A stretch of 57,413 bases of DNA, taken from NCBI GenBank assembly GCA_030765405.1, contig JAVCCP010000054.1, positions 1 through 57,413 on the forward strand, in the 5' to 3' direction. The stretch is from Candidatus Ancaeobacter aquaticus (GTDB lineage: Bacteria; Auribacterota; Ancaeobacteria; Ancaeobacterales; Ancaeobacteraceae). The notes beneath the pieces were generated by a model, which saw only the letters and a program-made list of their open reading frames with translations, was not told where the DNA came from and searched no databases. Both the position numbers and the translations under genes were made by a program. Positions 28,492 through 37,520 of the stretch are shown here, one piece after another (the first letter of the stretch is position 1; every line of letters starts with the position of its first letter).

Positions 28492-29808
28492 TTATTGTGA
28501 CCAATTAGGATTCAACGCATTAGACGGAATCTTGTCTAATTGTATCGGATTTTTATCATAAATATCAACAATATTTATTGATGGAACATGATTTTTTGTG
28601 GAAGTATAAATTATATGTCTTCCATCAGGTGCCCATGAAGGGTCTTCGTTATCAATTTTGTTAGACGTAATAGTGCTGGTAATGCCATTTTCCGAGTTAA
28701 TAGTATGTATTTGAAACTTTCTACCTATAAGGGAAGAATATGCGATTAAATCTCCTTTTGGAGACCATGCGGGAGCGGTATTGTATCCACCCCTAAAGGT
28801 CAATCGTCTCAGATTGGCTCCATTCTTGTTCATGATATATAATTGTGGAGAACCGCTTCTGTTTGATACAAAAACAATGTTATTGCCGTCGGGAGACCAT
28901 GAAGGGGAGGTGTCAATGCTGCGGCTGTGAGTAAGGCGTTTAAGTTTTCCTGTAGTGAGATTCTTGCTGTATATCTCTGGGTTACCGTCTCTACTTAACG
29001 TGAGAGCAATAACGGTACTGTTAGGAGCAAAAGTTGCGGTTGCGTTAAGTCCTGGGCTTGAAGATAATACTTTTCTAGTATTTTTAGCTAGATCAATAAT
29101 GAATATTTGGGGCTTATTATTTTTAAATGAAGTGTATAGGATCTTTGTCCCGTCAGGTGACCATTTTGGATAAAGGGCAATTGAATTATCATGGGTTAAT
29201 TTCTTTATGTTGTATCCGTCGTAATCCATTGAACATATTTCTCTTCCTTTACCGCTTTCCATAGCGAAAGTAATTTTTGATAGGGCAATGCCCTGCTCAC
29301 CGGTTATAGCTTTTACTATATCGTTGCTGACATGGTGCATAAGACGTCTTTTTTTTGAAAGACTGTCAGCATACAGCTTGTTAAATATTTTTTTGCCGTC
29401 ACTTACGGAATATACCGAGACCTGAACAGTGATATCGCTGTTATTCTCACTGTATGTTCCTTTGATTACCATATCAGCACCAATACGTTTCCATTCAGCA
29501 TAATTGATTCTTCCTGTTTTTGTATCAAGATGTTCGGTTTCTGCTACAAATGTGTGTTCTTTAACAGAGATAAAATACCCTGAGAGAACGAGATCATTCG
29601 AAAGGATCAAGCTTGCACGTGCTGCATTTGTCTTCATTTCTTTAGATCCGCTTTTAGGTGTAAAGTAGGGAACAGCAATTCGAATCTTATTGTAAAAGTT
29701 TTTTGAAATATTGAGATACACTTCCTGAGCACTGTGGGTAGAGTAGGGTAGTAAAAGACTCAAGATCGTAAATATAACAAATAATCTGAAAGATTTTTTC
29801 GCAAGCAT
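28492..29808 (-). CDS. tolB: TolB beta-propeller protein
   Basis: Signal peptide, PD40 repeats PKWSPDG, PSWSPDG, PAWSPKG, PSWAPDG. Confidence 0.92.
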   Translation of the reverse strand: MLAKKSFRLFVIFTILSLLLPYSTHSAQEVYLNISKNFYNKIRIAVPYFTPKSGSKEMKTNAARASLILSNDLVLSGYFISVKEHTFVAETEHLDTKTGRINYAEWKRIGADMVIKGTYSENNSDITVQVSVYSVSDGKKIFNKLYADSLSKKRRLMHHVSNDIVKAITGEQGIALSKITFAMESGKGREICSMDYDGYNIKKLTHDNSIALYPKWSPDGTKILYTSFKNNKPQIFIIDLAKNTRKVLSSSPGLNATATFAPNSTVIALTLSRDGNPEIYSKNLTTGKLKRLTHSRSIDTSPSWSPDGNNIVFVSNRSGSPQLYIMNKNGANLRRLTFRGGYNTAPAWSPKGDLIAYSSLIGRKFQIHTINSENGITSTITSNKIDNEDPSWAPDGRHIIYTSTKNHVPSINIVDIYDKNPIQLDKIPSNALNPNWSQ

Positions 29809-29825
29809 GAGTGTGTTTTTCCGTT

Positions 29826-30569
29826 TTACTTATTTAAATCAAATTTAATGTTAATGTCAAGGTATTCACCTTTATATTCTGGGGGTAACGGTGGAAACGG
29901 TTCTGCATCCTTTACTGCTTTAATGACAGATGCATTTACCTCTTTTCTGTAACAGGCTTCTTTGATCTTTAGTTTTGATACTTTTCCATCTCTATAAACT
30001 CTAAAAAAGACTACGGCTGATAAGGTGTTGTCAGGGATTATGAGCCCGCTTGGTTCTTCCCAGTTTTTAGATATTTTTTTGTGTAAGACATCAAGATACC
30101 ATGCGAATGGGAGATTTGAGATATTTTTCTTTCCGATGTCAATTTTAAGCGTCTTTTTTTGTGTTGGTTCTTTCTGGGGGGTAGGTGTGACATCTTCAAC
30201 TTGTGAAAGCCGTTTCTCAAGCCTTTCTTTAAGTGTTGGGGGCTTCTTTTTTTTGATGGTTCTTTTCTTCTTCCTTTTTGAATAGACGTTTTTAGATATT
30301 TTTTTGCGTTGTGGGTTTCTCTTAACTGTTTTTTTTGTAGTTTGTTTGATAGCTTTTTTCTTGGCCGCTGGTTTTTCGGTTTTTAGAGGTTGTATTTGCG
30401 AAAGATTGATGGGTTGTACCGGAACAAAATAATATTTGTGAGCGGTCATGCTTGATACAGCAATAATAATGGTTATAACCGTGCAATGAAGCACTGCCGA
30501 CACTGATGCAGCTTTTTTTGTTTCTGTATCAATACACTTTTTTATGAAGGTAACGATTGTACGAAACAT
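29826..30569 (-). CDS. tolA: TolA/TonB-family energy transducer
   Basis: N-terminal TM with S-x3-H (SAVLH), Lys-rich linker, TonB_C-like tail VKDAEPFPPLP; located between tolR and tolB. Confidence 0.75.
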   Translation of the reverse strand: MFRTIVTFIKKCIDTETKKAASVSAVLHCTVITIIIAVSSMTAHKYYFVPVQPINLSQIQPLKTEKPAAKKKAIKQTTKKTVKRNPQRKKISKNVYSKRKKKRTIKKKKPPTLKERLEKRLSQVEDVTPTPQKEPTQKKTLKIDIGKKNISNLPFAWYLDVLHKKISKNWEEPSGLIIPDNTLSAVVFFRVYRDGKVSKLKIKEACYRKEVNASVIKAVKDAEPFPPLPPEYKGEYLDINIKFDLNK

Positions 30570-30988
30570 TATTTTCTTATTTTTCTCTTTTCGGTAGCTA
30601 TACCGGTATTATGCAGTCCGGCGTTTCTGAGCATGTCCAGTACGGTGACAACAGTTTTAAATCTAAGATCTTTATCTGCTCGAATGACAATAAATGATTC
30701 TGGTTTCGTTTTAGCTAGGTAATCAAGCCGTTTTTTGAGGTCCTCTAATGTAAGCCGTGTCTCACCAAAATAGATCTTGTTGTCTTCAGCGATCGATATC
30801 GTAAGATTATCTGGACTGGCAAGTTTCTTTGTTGTTGCCTTCGGTAATCTTACTTTTATGCCTTGCTGTATTATTGGTGCCACGATTAAAAATATGATCA
30901 GAAGTACGAGTGTTACATCGACAAGCGAGGTAACATTAATTTCACTTCTTAATGCTGAGGGGGTTCTACTCCATTGTGTTCTTCTCAT
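30569..30988 (-). CDS. tolR: TolR/ExbD
   Basis: INVTSLVDVTLVLLIIFLI, IRADKD. Confidence 0.9.
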   Translation of the reverse strand: MRRTQWSRTPSALRSEINVTSLVDVTLVLLIIFLIVAPIIQQGIKVRLPKATTKKLASPDNLTISIAEDNKIYFGETRLTLEDLKKRLDYLAKTKPESFIVIRADKDLRFKTVVTVLDMLRNAGLHNTGIATEKRKIRK

Positions 30989-31035
30989 TATTAACCTGCG
31001 GTTCGGAACATTTTACCTATACAATTTATATAAAC

Positions 31036-31710
31036 CTAATTTTGCATATACAGTTTTTCTATAGTCGAAATATATTCTGAAGCAAAATTATCCATTTCAG
31101 TCGTGAGTGCTCGTACTCTATCAACAAGATAGTTATATGCAATCATTGCCGGTATAGCTACGGCAAGACCGGCCGCGGTTGTTATTAAAGCTTCTGCTAT
31201 TCCCGGAGCGATAACTTCGATATTACCTGATCCTTCTATGCCGATCATTCTGAAAGCGCCCATAATACCCCATACTGTGCCGAAAAGGCCGATAAATGGA
31301 CACGCACTCGATGCTGTTGCAAGAATAATGAGCGATTTTTCGAGCTGCATTATCTGGTCTGCAATAGTCCTTTTAAGTGAATTTTCTATGCCGTCAAGCT
31401 GGACTATTGATAGTCTGCCGTTTGTGTTGTTCATATGGTAAAAAAGATCTTTGCATCCTTCATGATATATTATCTCAAGAGGGGAGCTCGTAACGAGGGT
31501 CTCTTTCTCGTTAAACAAATGAAGAGGGTTGTTCGGATCGTTTCTGTATGAACGCAAAAATGTTCTAGATGTGTTTTGCGCATTCCTGATTGTCTTAAAT
31601 TTTAATACAATTATTGCCCATACATAGATTGAAATAATAAAGAGCAGGATAAGAATAGTTATTCCCATCCATCCCGAAGATTTTATTGCAGAAAAAAGGG
31701 CGTTATCCAT
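31036..31710 (-). CDS. tolQ: TolQ/ExbB proton channel
   Basis: PFIGLFGTVWGIM, APGIAEALITTAAGLAVAIPA. Confidence 0.92.
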   Translation of the reverse strand: MDNALFSAIKSSGWMGITILILLFIISIYVWAIIVLKFKTIRNAQNTSRTFLRSYRNDPNNPLHLFNEKETLVTSSPLEIIYHEGCKDLFYHMNNTNGRLSIVQLDGIENSLKRTIADQIMQLEKSLIILATASSACPFIGLFGTVWGIMGAFRMIGIEGSGNIEVIAPGIAEALITTAAGLAVAIPAMIAYNYLVDRVRALTTEMDNFASEYISTIEKLYMQN

Positions 31711-31861
31711 ACATTATGTCTCCTGAAAATTGTTTGCCGTTCCACACATAGTATATAGTATAAAGCAAATCTTTGATTAGTCAAAGGCTAATGTTTTGGA
31801 TTTGACGGAAATGAAATTAGAGTGTATGATGCTAGTTCTTTCATACACAAAAGAGGATAAA

Positions 31862-32332
31862 ATGGATAGTTTAAGCCCATATTTAGAGTTTTTGATACCG
31901 CATGAGTTGATACATCTTTCCGTGGCGGTATTATTCGGAATACTGATTTACCGCTGGTATGAATCTTTTCATCTGGTAGCGCTTTTGATAGGGATATCCC
32001 TCTTTATGGATGTTGACCATTTGTTTGATTGCGTGATGGCATTAGGCAGTAATTTTAATGTTAAGGATATGGTTCAGGGGACATACTGGGCTCATACGGA
32101 TAAACTCTTTGTGCTTTTGCATTCATGGGAGTTACTCATACCGGTGTGGGTCATATGCTGTATTAAGAAGAGGTTTGATATCGGAGTCACGATAACACTA
32201 GCATTTTTGGGTCATATTCTTGTTGATCAGTTCACCTACACGATGCATCCATTAGCATACTCATTTATCTATAGAATGCTTCATGGATTTAAATCAGCGT
32301 ATTTTACCGGTGAGTCATTTTTACTACACTGA
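31862..32332 (+). CDS. Integral membrane protein, putative metal-binding hydrolase (YdjM-like)
   Basis: H...DVDH...LHS...GHILVD His/Asp pattern across TM helices; ATG 31862 has RBS GAGGA. Confidence 0.55.
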   Translation: MDSLSPYLEFLIPHELIHLSVAVLFGILIYRWYESFHLVALLIGISLFMDVDHLFDCVMALGSNFNVKDMVQGTYWAHTDKLFVLLHSWELLIPVWVICCIKKRFDIGVTITLAFLGHILVDQFTYTMHPLAYSFIYRMLHGFKSAYFTGESFLLH

Positions 32333-32348
32333 CATTTGTGATGATGTT

Positions 32349-32594
32349 CTATTTTTTCTTAGAAAATAGTTTTTTAATAAGGATCAATTCACCCATTTCG
32401 TTTTTCTCAATATTGTGACCTACATACTGCAGAACGTATCCGAGAATAAAAATTAATACACCTAAAAGAACTGATACTTTCATTGCAATGATACCGGCAA
32501 CAAAGGTTAGAGGTATCCCTATTGCATGAAGTACAGCATTTATTGGATGTTTGTGCCGTGAACACCAGATTTCAATTCCTTTTTTTAGATCCAT
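32349..32594 (-). CDS. DUF962/Mpo1-like small membrane protein
   Basis: HKHPINAVLHAIGIP...LQYVGHNIEKN. Confidence 0.75.
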   Translation of the reverse strand: MDLKKGIEIWCSRHKHPINAVLHAIGIPLTFVAGIIAMKVSVLLGVLIFILGYVLQYVGHNIEKNEMGELILIKKLFSKKK

Positions 32595-32822
32595 AATGTT
32601 TCCTTTCTATATAATTAATATTAAGTATGATTTAAAGTGTACTTAATATTGTATGAATAGTCAAAGATTTTGTATTTCGTTTAATATGTGCTTGTATGTG
32701 TTGCGTTAAATTGCATATAACAATCTAAAGTTATGTTAGTATATCTTATGTTGGTATAAAGTATGTTTAGTTGTAATATATATGGTATAGATAATATAGA
32801 ATGCATTAAGTAAGAAATAATA

Positions 32823-32851
32823 TTGACAAGATTGAATAGATTGTGCATAAT
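32823..32851 (+). promoter_or_regulatory. Sigma70-type promoter of the HTH gene pair
   Basis: TTGACA-17bp-CATAAT. Confidence 0.6.
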
Positions 32852-32881
32852 TGCATTTAATAAAAATAAGAGGGGATAAAA

Positions 32882-33121
32882 TTGAAGCTTTTAACCGTTA
32901 AAGAAACAGCAGATATCTTAAGATGTTCTCAGGAACATGTAAGACGACTTTTAAGGGCTGGTAAGCTTAGGGGTTTCAGTGAGGGACGGAGAAGCGGGTT
33001 CAGGATTTTAGAAAAAGACCTTGAAGAATATGTTGCTAAAAAGATACGTGATGCAATGCTTAATAAAGAGAATCTGCCTTCAGAATCAGAAGGCACTTCA
33101 GATACAACGGAGGGACATTAA
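32882..33121 (+). CDS. Excisionase-like helix-turn-helix protein (HTH_17)
   Basis: LLTVKETADILRCSQEHVRRLLRAGKLRG..FRI; TTG start with RBS GAGGGG. Confidence 0.8.
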   Translation: MKLLTVKETADILRCSQEHVRRLLRAGKLRGFSEGRRSGFRILEKDLEEYVAKKIRDAMLNKENLPSESEGTSDTTEGH

Positions 33122-33318
33122 TGATTAACGGAATGGATCCTATATATAATTTGTGGAATTTGGTTTTTAAAACCGGGAAAAAAGAGCAGGATGCTCAGTC
33201 AAAAATGAGGGTTCCGCGCACATATAAAAATAAAGATGAGGAACTTTCAGATATTTATAAAAAACAAATGGCATTGATTCTTGACGGCCCTGATCGAAAA
33301 GGGTGGAGAAATCGTTAG
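33121..33318 (+). CDS. Small hypothetical protein
   Basis: 65-aa ORF coupled to the HTH gene by TAATG overlap and followed by a terminator; no recognised motif. Confidence 0.5.
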   Translation: MINGMDPIYNLWNLVFKTGKKEQDAQSKMRVPRTYKNKDEELSDIYKKQMALILDGPDRKGWRNR

Positions 33319-33366
33319 AGATTTTTAGAGTGTTGATGGTATACTACAACGGTACGAGAGTGTCTG

Positions 33367-33394
33367 CGATGCATACGCTTGTATCGTTTTTTTT
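33367..33394 (+). terminator. Intrinsic terminator after the HTH gene pair
   Basis: CGATGCA-tacgct-TGTATCG stem followed by T8. Confidence 0.55.
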
Positions 33395-33442
33395 ATTATG
33401 TATAAATAATCCAAAGTAAAAAACATATAGAAAGGTATTCGA

Positions 33443-34429
33443 ATGAAAACATTAATTACCGGTGCAACAGGTCTAGTGGGAAGTAATCTTGTTGAAAGAC
33501 TCAGTAAAGACAGTAATAACACAATGAGAGTTATTGTACGAAAAGACAGTGATCAGTCATTCCTCAAAACTCTTCCTAATATTGAATTCTATTATGGTGA
33601 TATTAGAGATGCGTCGTCACTTGCTGATGCGTTTAAAGATATTGATGTCGTGTTTCATTGTGCTGCACTCGTGAGTGATTGGGCAAGCAGGGAAGAAATG
33701 TATGATGTTAATGTAAATGGTCTCAAAAATATGATGGATGGTGCGCTTAAAGCGAACATTCAAAGGTTTGTCTACGTTTCTTCAATGGTTGTTCTCGGGA
33801 TGGACCCGCAGGACCATCTTGATGAGCTCGCACCGTATGTTCATACCGGCGACAATTATAATTATACTAAGATCGAAGCTGAAAAATTGGCTTTAAAATA
33901 TTGTATGGATAAAAACCTCAAGATAGTTATTATTCGACCGCCATATATTTACGGGCCGCGTGATCGGCAGTTATTTCCACGTGTGTTGAAGTATCTTGAA
34001 AACGGTAAATATACTTATATTGACGGGGGAAACAATCCGCTTAATTTAGTGTATGTCGGTAATCTCGTTGATGCCTTGATTAAGGCCGCTACAGTCGAAA
34101 ATGCGCCGGCAAATATTTATCATATTACTGACGGAGAAGATATCACCAGAAGAGAACTTATTGAAACAATGTGCGACGTACTTGGATACAAAAAACCTCA
34201 AAAATCAATGTCACTAAAATTTGCACGTATTGTTTCAGATATACTCGAGTTTGTGAGCAAAGCTTGTAAATCTAAAACAGCTCCAATACTGAATAAGTTT
34301 CGCATAAAGTTTATGTCTACACCGCTTACATTTAATATTACGAAGGCAAGGGAGCAGCTTGGATATAATCCACGTTCTACACGTGAGTGTATAAAAGAAA
34401 CACTTGAATCTCTAAAAGATAGCAAATAA
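33443..34429 (+). CDS. NAD-dependent epimerase/dehydratase (3-beta-HSD-like)
   Basis: ITGATGLVGS, VFHCAA, YNYTKIEAE (YxxxK), RPPYIYGPRD. Confidence 0.88.
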   Translation: MKTLITGATGLVGSNLVERLSKDSNNTMRVIVRKDSDQSFLKTLPNIEFYYGDIRDASSLADAFKDIDVVFHCAALVSDWASREEMYDVNVNGLKNMMDGALKANIQRFVYVSSMVVLGMDPQDHLDELAPYVHTGDNYNYTKIEAEKLALKYCMDKNLKIVIIRPPYIYGPRDRQLFPRVLKYLENGKYTYIDGGNNPLNLVYVGNLVDALIKAATVENAPANIYHITDGEDITRRELIETMCDVLGYKKPQKSMSLKFARIVSDILEFVSKACKSKTAPILNKFRIKFMSTPLTFNITKAREQLGYNPRSTRECIKETLESLKDSK

Positions 34430-34548
34430 ACAGATACTTCGTATCTTTCTATTTGTGGATTGTCTCTTGTTATTAAATATCATGAAATGATTGTCTTGTG
34501 AATCCTCATTGAGAGTTTTAAAGTAAAAGTCTCGAAGAGACAAAAAAA

Positions 34549-34577
34549 TTGACAAGATACTTATTCACGATTACACT
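34549..34577 (+). promoter_or_regulatory. Sigma70-type promoter of gcvT
   Basis: TTGACA-17bp-TACACT. Confidence 0.6.
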
Positions 34578-34626
34578 ACTGCTATCCTTGTAAGTTATAA
34601 CCAGATTTTTGTATAGGAACAAGTTA

Positions 34627-35739
34627 ATGCATATGAAACGCACACCTCTATATGATGCTCATATAAAACATAATGCGAGCATAGTCAATTTTAATGGCTG
34701 GGAAATGCCTATCCAATACGAAGGGATTATTGCTGAACATAATGCTGTACGTCAAAGCGTCGGTATTTTTGATATATGTCACATGGGTGTTATTGAGATC
34801 ACGGGTAAAGATGCATTATTTTTTTGTCAATATATCATAACTAATGATGTTTCAAAGATAAGTGATGGCAAAGCTATCTATTCACCGGTTTGTAATGAAC
34901 GCGGTGGAACGGTAGATGATGTGCTTTTGTATAGGTACAATACAGAAAAATTCAGATTTGTGGTGAATGCAGCAAATATCGAGAAAGATTATGATTGGCT
35001 CTCACTGCAAAAAGGTGATTATAAAGTTGAAATAAAAAACCTTAGCGCTAATTTGGGAATACTTGCAGTGCAGGGGCCTAACACAATGCCACTTTTTGAT
35101 TCGCTTTTTGGTAGGGCAGTGCAATCACTTCCATATTATGGTTTTGTTGATATAGACATAGATAACCAGCCAGTACAGATATCGCGTACAGGGTACACGG
35201 GAGAAGTTGGTTTTGAGCTATACTTTAAAAGAGAGCATGCTCGCACTTATTGGGATCTATTGTATGATAAAGGAAAAAAATATGGAATTAAACCCATAGG
35301 TCTCGGTGCACGTGATACTTTGCGGCTTGAAATGGCATACAGCTTATACGGTCATGAACTTACAGACAATATTTCACCTCTTCAAGCGGGATTGGCATGG
35401 ACAATTGCGTTTAATAAAGATACTTTTATTGGAAAAGAAGCGTTACTGAAAGAGAAGGAAGCAGGTGTTACTCAAAAGCTCATTGCTTTTAAAATGACCG
35501 ATCGGTCAATTCCGCGTGCGGGTAACGCAATAAAAAATATGGGAAAGAAAATTGGCTTTGTTTCTAGCGGAACATTTTCTCCGTCTTTAAGGATAGGGAT
35601 AGGACTTGGGTATGTTGATAGCCATTATGCGGTAAGAAACAGTCAGATCACTATAGAGGCGCGAGGAAGAGATAGCATCGCTAAAATCGTGAAACCGCCT
35701 TTTTATGAAAAAAAAGTTAAACAGAGGAGGAAAGATTGA
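34627..35739 (+). CDS. gcvT: Glycine cleavage T protein
   Basis: KRTPLYDAH, GWEMPIQY, FDICHMG, SRTGYTGEVGFE, GLGARDTLRLE; ATG 34627 preferred to TTG 34609. Confidence 0.95.
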   Translation: MHMKRTPLYDAHIKHNASIVNFNGWEMPIQYEGIIAEHNAVRQSVGIFDICHMGVIEITGKDALFFCQYIITNDVSKISDGKAIYSPVCNERGGTVDDVLLYRYNTEKFRFVVNAANIEKDYDWLSLQKGDYKVEIKNLSANLGILAVQGPNTMPLFDSLFGRAVQSLPYYGFVDIDIDNQPVQISRTGYTGEVGFELYFKREHARTYWDLLYDKGKKYGIKPIGLGARDTLRLEMAYSLYGHELTDNISPLQAGLAWTIAFNKDTFIGKEALLKEKEAGVTQKLIAFKMTDRSIPRAGNAIKNMGKKIGFVSSGTFSPSLRIGIGLGYVDSHYAVRNSQITIEARGRDSIAKIVKPPFYEKKVKQRRKD

Positions 35740-36122
35740 ATACACCTGCAGAATTAAAATACATGAAATCACATGAATGTGTTAAAGTTGAAGGAGCGAA
35801 CGCTCGGTGCGGCATTACTGATTATGCACAAAATGAACTCACTGATGTTGTCTTTGTTGAGTTGCCACCTGTAGGAAAAGTTGTCGTGGCGAGTGAGCAG
35901 GCAGCAGTTATAGAGTCAGTGAAAACAGCAGTAGATGTGTATACGCCGGTAAGTGGAAAGATCGTAGAAGTGAACAGTGAGTTAGAAAACGATCCCGGAC
36001 TTATCAATAGAGATCCTTATGGACAGGGGTGGATATTTGTTGTTGAAATGACAAAGACAGATGAACTAGACGGTCTCATGCCATCTGATGATTACGCCAA
36101 AATGATTAAAAACAAAGCATAG
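35736..36122 (+). CDS. gcvH: Glycine cleavage H protein
   Basis: GITDYAQ, VIESVKTAVD lipoyl-Lys, NRDPYGQGW. Confidence 0.95.
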   Translation: MNTPAELKYMKSHECVKVEGANARCGITDYAQNELTDVVFVELPPVGKVVVASEQAAVIESVKTAVDVYTPVSGKIVEVNSELENDPGLINRDPYGQGWIFVVEMTKTDELDGLMPSDDYAKMIKNKA

Positions 36123-36140
36123 CTTTTAAGTGGAGAGTAA

Positions 36141-37499
36141 TTGAAAATTATGAAGTTTACGCCACACACCCCTTCTGATGTGCAGTCAATGCTTGATGTA
36201 ATAGGTTTACGCACAATTGAAGATCTTCTTACTGACATTCCGAAAGATTTATTGCGCACGGAATTAAATATCCCTGCGGGACTTTCAGAAAGTGAGCTCT
36301 TAAAAGATATTAAGAATATAGCTTCAGTGAATGCGAATCTTGACGAGTTTTCTTCGTATATCGGGGCAGGTGCGTATGATCATTTTATACCGTCTGCAGT
36401 TTCTCATGTAACGGGAAGAAGTGAGTTCTACACTGCGTACACTCCGTATCAGCCTGAAGCAAGTCAGGGAACACTGCAGGCAATATACGAGTATCAGAGT
36501 ATGCTCTGCGCTCTTACCGGTATGGATGTGGCAAATGCTTCTTTGTACGATGGCGCTACTGCGGTTAGTGACGCAGCGCTTGTTGCATTGCAATCAGCCC
36601 CTGCTAAAAATGAAATCGTTATCACCGAAACAGTTCATCCCGAATATAGACTTGTATTAAAAACATATTTAGCCGGCACAAAAGTAAAGATCAGAGAAAT
36701 ACCCTATAAAGACGGGGTTGCTGATCTTAAGCATTTACGTGATAACGTTTCTGGTAATACTGTTGCAGTTATTGTGCAGAATCCAAACTTTCTCGGTTCT
36801 ATTGAAGATATGGTCCAGATAGAGAGTATTGTCCACGGGTGCGGTGCGCTGTTTGTTGCCGTTGTGAATCCTGTATCATTGGGTGTTCTCAAAGCGCCTG
36901 GTGATTATAATGCTGATATTGCCGTCGGTGATGGCCAGCCGTTAGGAAATCCATTAGCATTTGGCGGGCCGTATCTTGGTTTTATGGCGGTCAAAGATAC
37001 GTTGAAAAGAAAGATTCCCGGCCGTCTTGTAGGAGTAACACAGGATCATGAAGGCCGCAGAGGATTTGTCTTAACCCTGCAAGCCCGTGAACAACACATA
37101 CGAAGAGAAAAAGCGACATCAAATATATGCAGCAATGAAGCATTGAATGCGCTTACTGCGTGTGTCTATTTGTCGTTAATGGGAAAACAGGGGATGAAAG
37201 AACTTGCCGTGCAGAATCTTGAGAAAAGCCATTATCTTTTTGATAAGATTTGTACTGTACCGGGATTTAAACCTGTTTTTACGGCACAGTTTTTTAATGA
37301 ATTTGTAATCGAATCGGCATATCCCGTGAAGAAAGTGATGCAATACCTGATGGAAAATAAGGTCTTTGGTGGGTTAGTTCTTGATAAAACATATAAAGGA
37401 ATGAAAAATACGTTTCTAGTATGTGTAACTGAAACAAAAACAAAAGATGAGCTCGATGCATTTGTTGAGTTTCTACAAGATATATCAAAAAAAGTTTAA
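36141..37499 (+). CDS. gcvPA: Glycine decarboxylase subunit 1
   Basis: EFYTAYTPYQPEASQGTLQ, NASLYDG, REQHIRREKATSNIC. Confidence 0.95.
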   Translation: MKIMKFTPHTPSDVQSMLDVIGLRTIEDLLTDIPKDLLRTELNIPAGLSESELLKDIKNIASVNANLDEFSSYIGAGAYDHFIPSAVSHVTGRSEFYTAYTPYQPEASQGTLQAIYEYQSMLCALTGMDVANASLYDGATAVSDAALVALQSAPAKNEIVITETVHPEYRLVLKTYLAGTKVKIREIPYKDGVADLKHLRDNVSGNTVAVIVQNPNFLGSIEDMVQIESIVHGCGALFVAVVNPVSLGVLKAPGDYNADIAVGDGQPLGNPLAFGGPYLGFMAVKDTLKRKIPGRLVGVTQDHEGRRGFVLTLQAREQHIRREKATSNICSNEALNALTACVYLSLMGKQGMKELAVQNLEKSHYLFDKICTVPGFKPVFTAQFFNEFVIESAYPVKKVMQYLMENKVFGGLVLDKTYKGMKNTFLVCVTETKTKDELDAFVEFLQDISKKV

Positions 37500-37520
37500 A
37501 GTGAAATAAGGATACGAGAG

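Noticed and set aside
32840..32867. dif-like site (ATTGTGCATAA TTGCAT TTAATAAAAAT)
   Set aside because: The XerD arm lacks the conserved TTATG core, and the sequence overlaps a promoter -10; likely chance in AT-rich DNA
34430..34626. Glycine riboswitch upstream of gcvT
   Set aside because: No aptamer motifs seen, and the predicted promoter leaves only about 45 nt of leader
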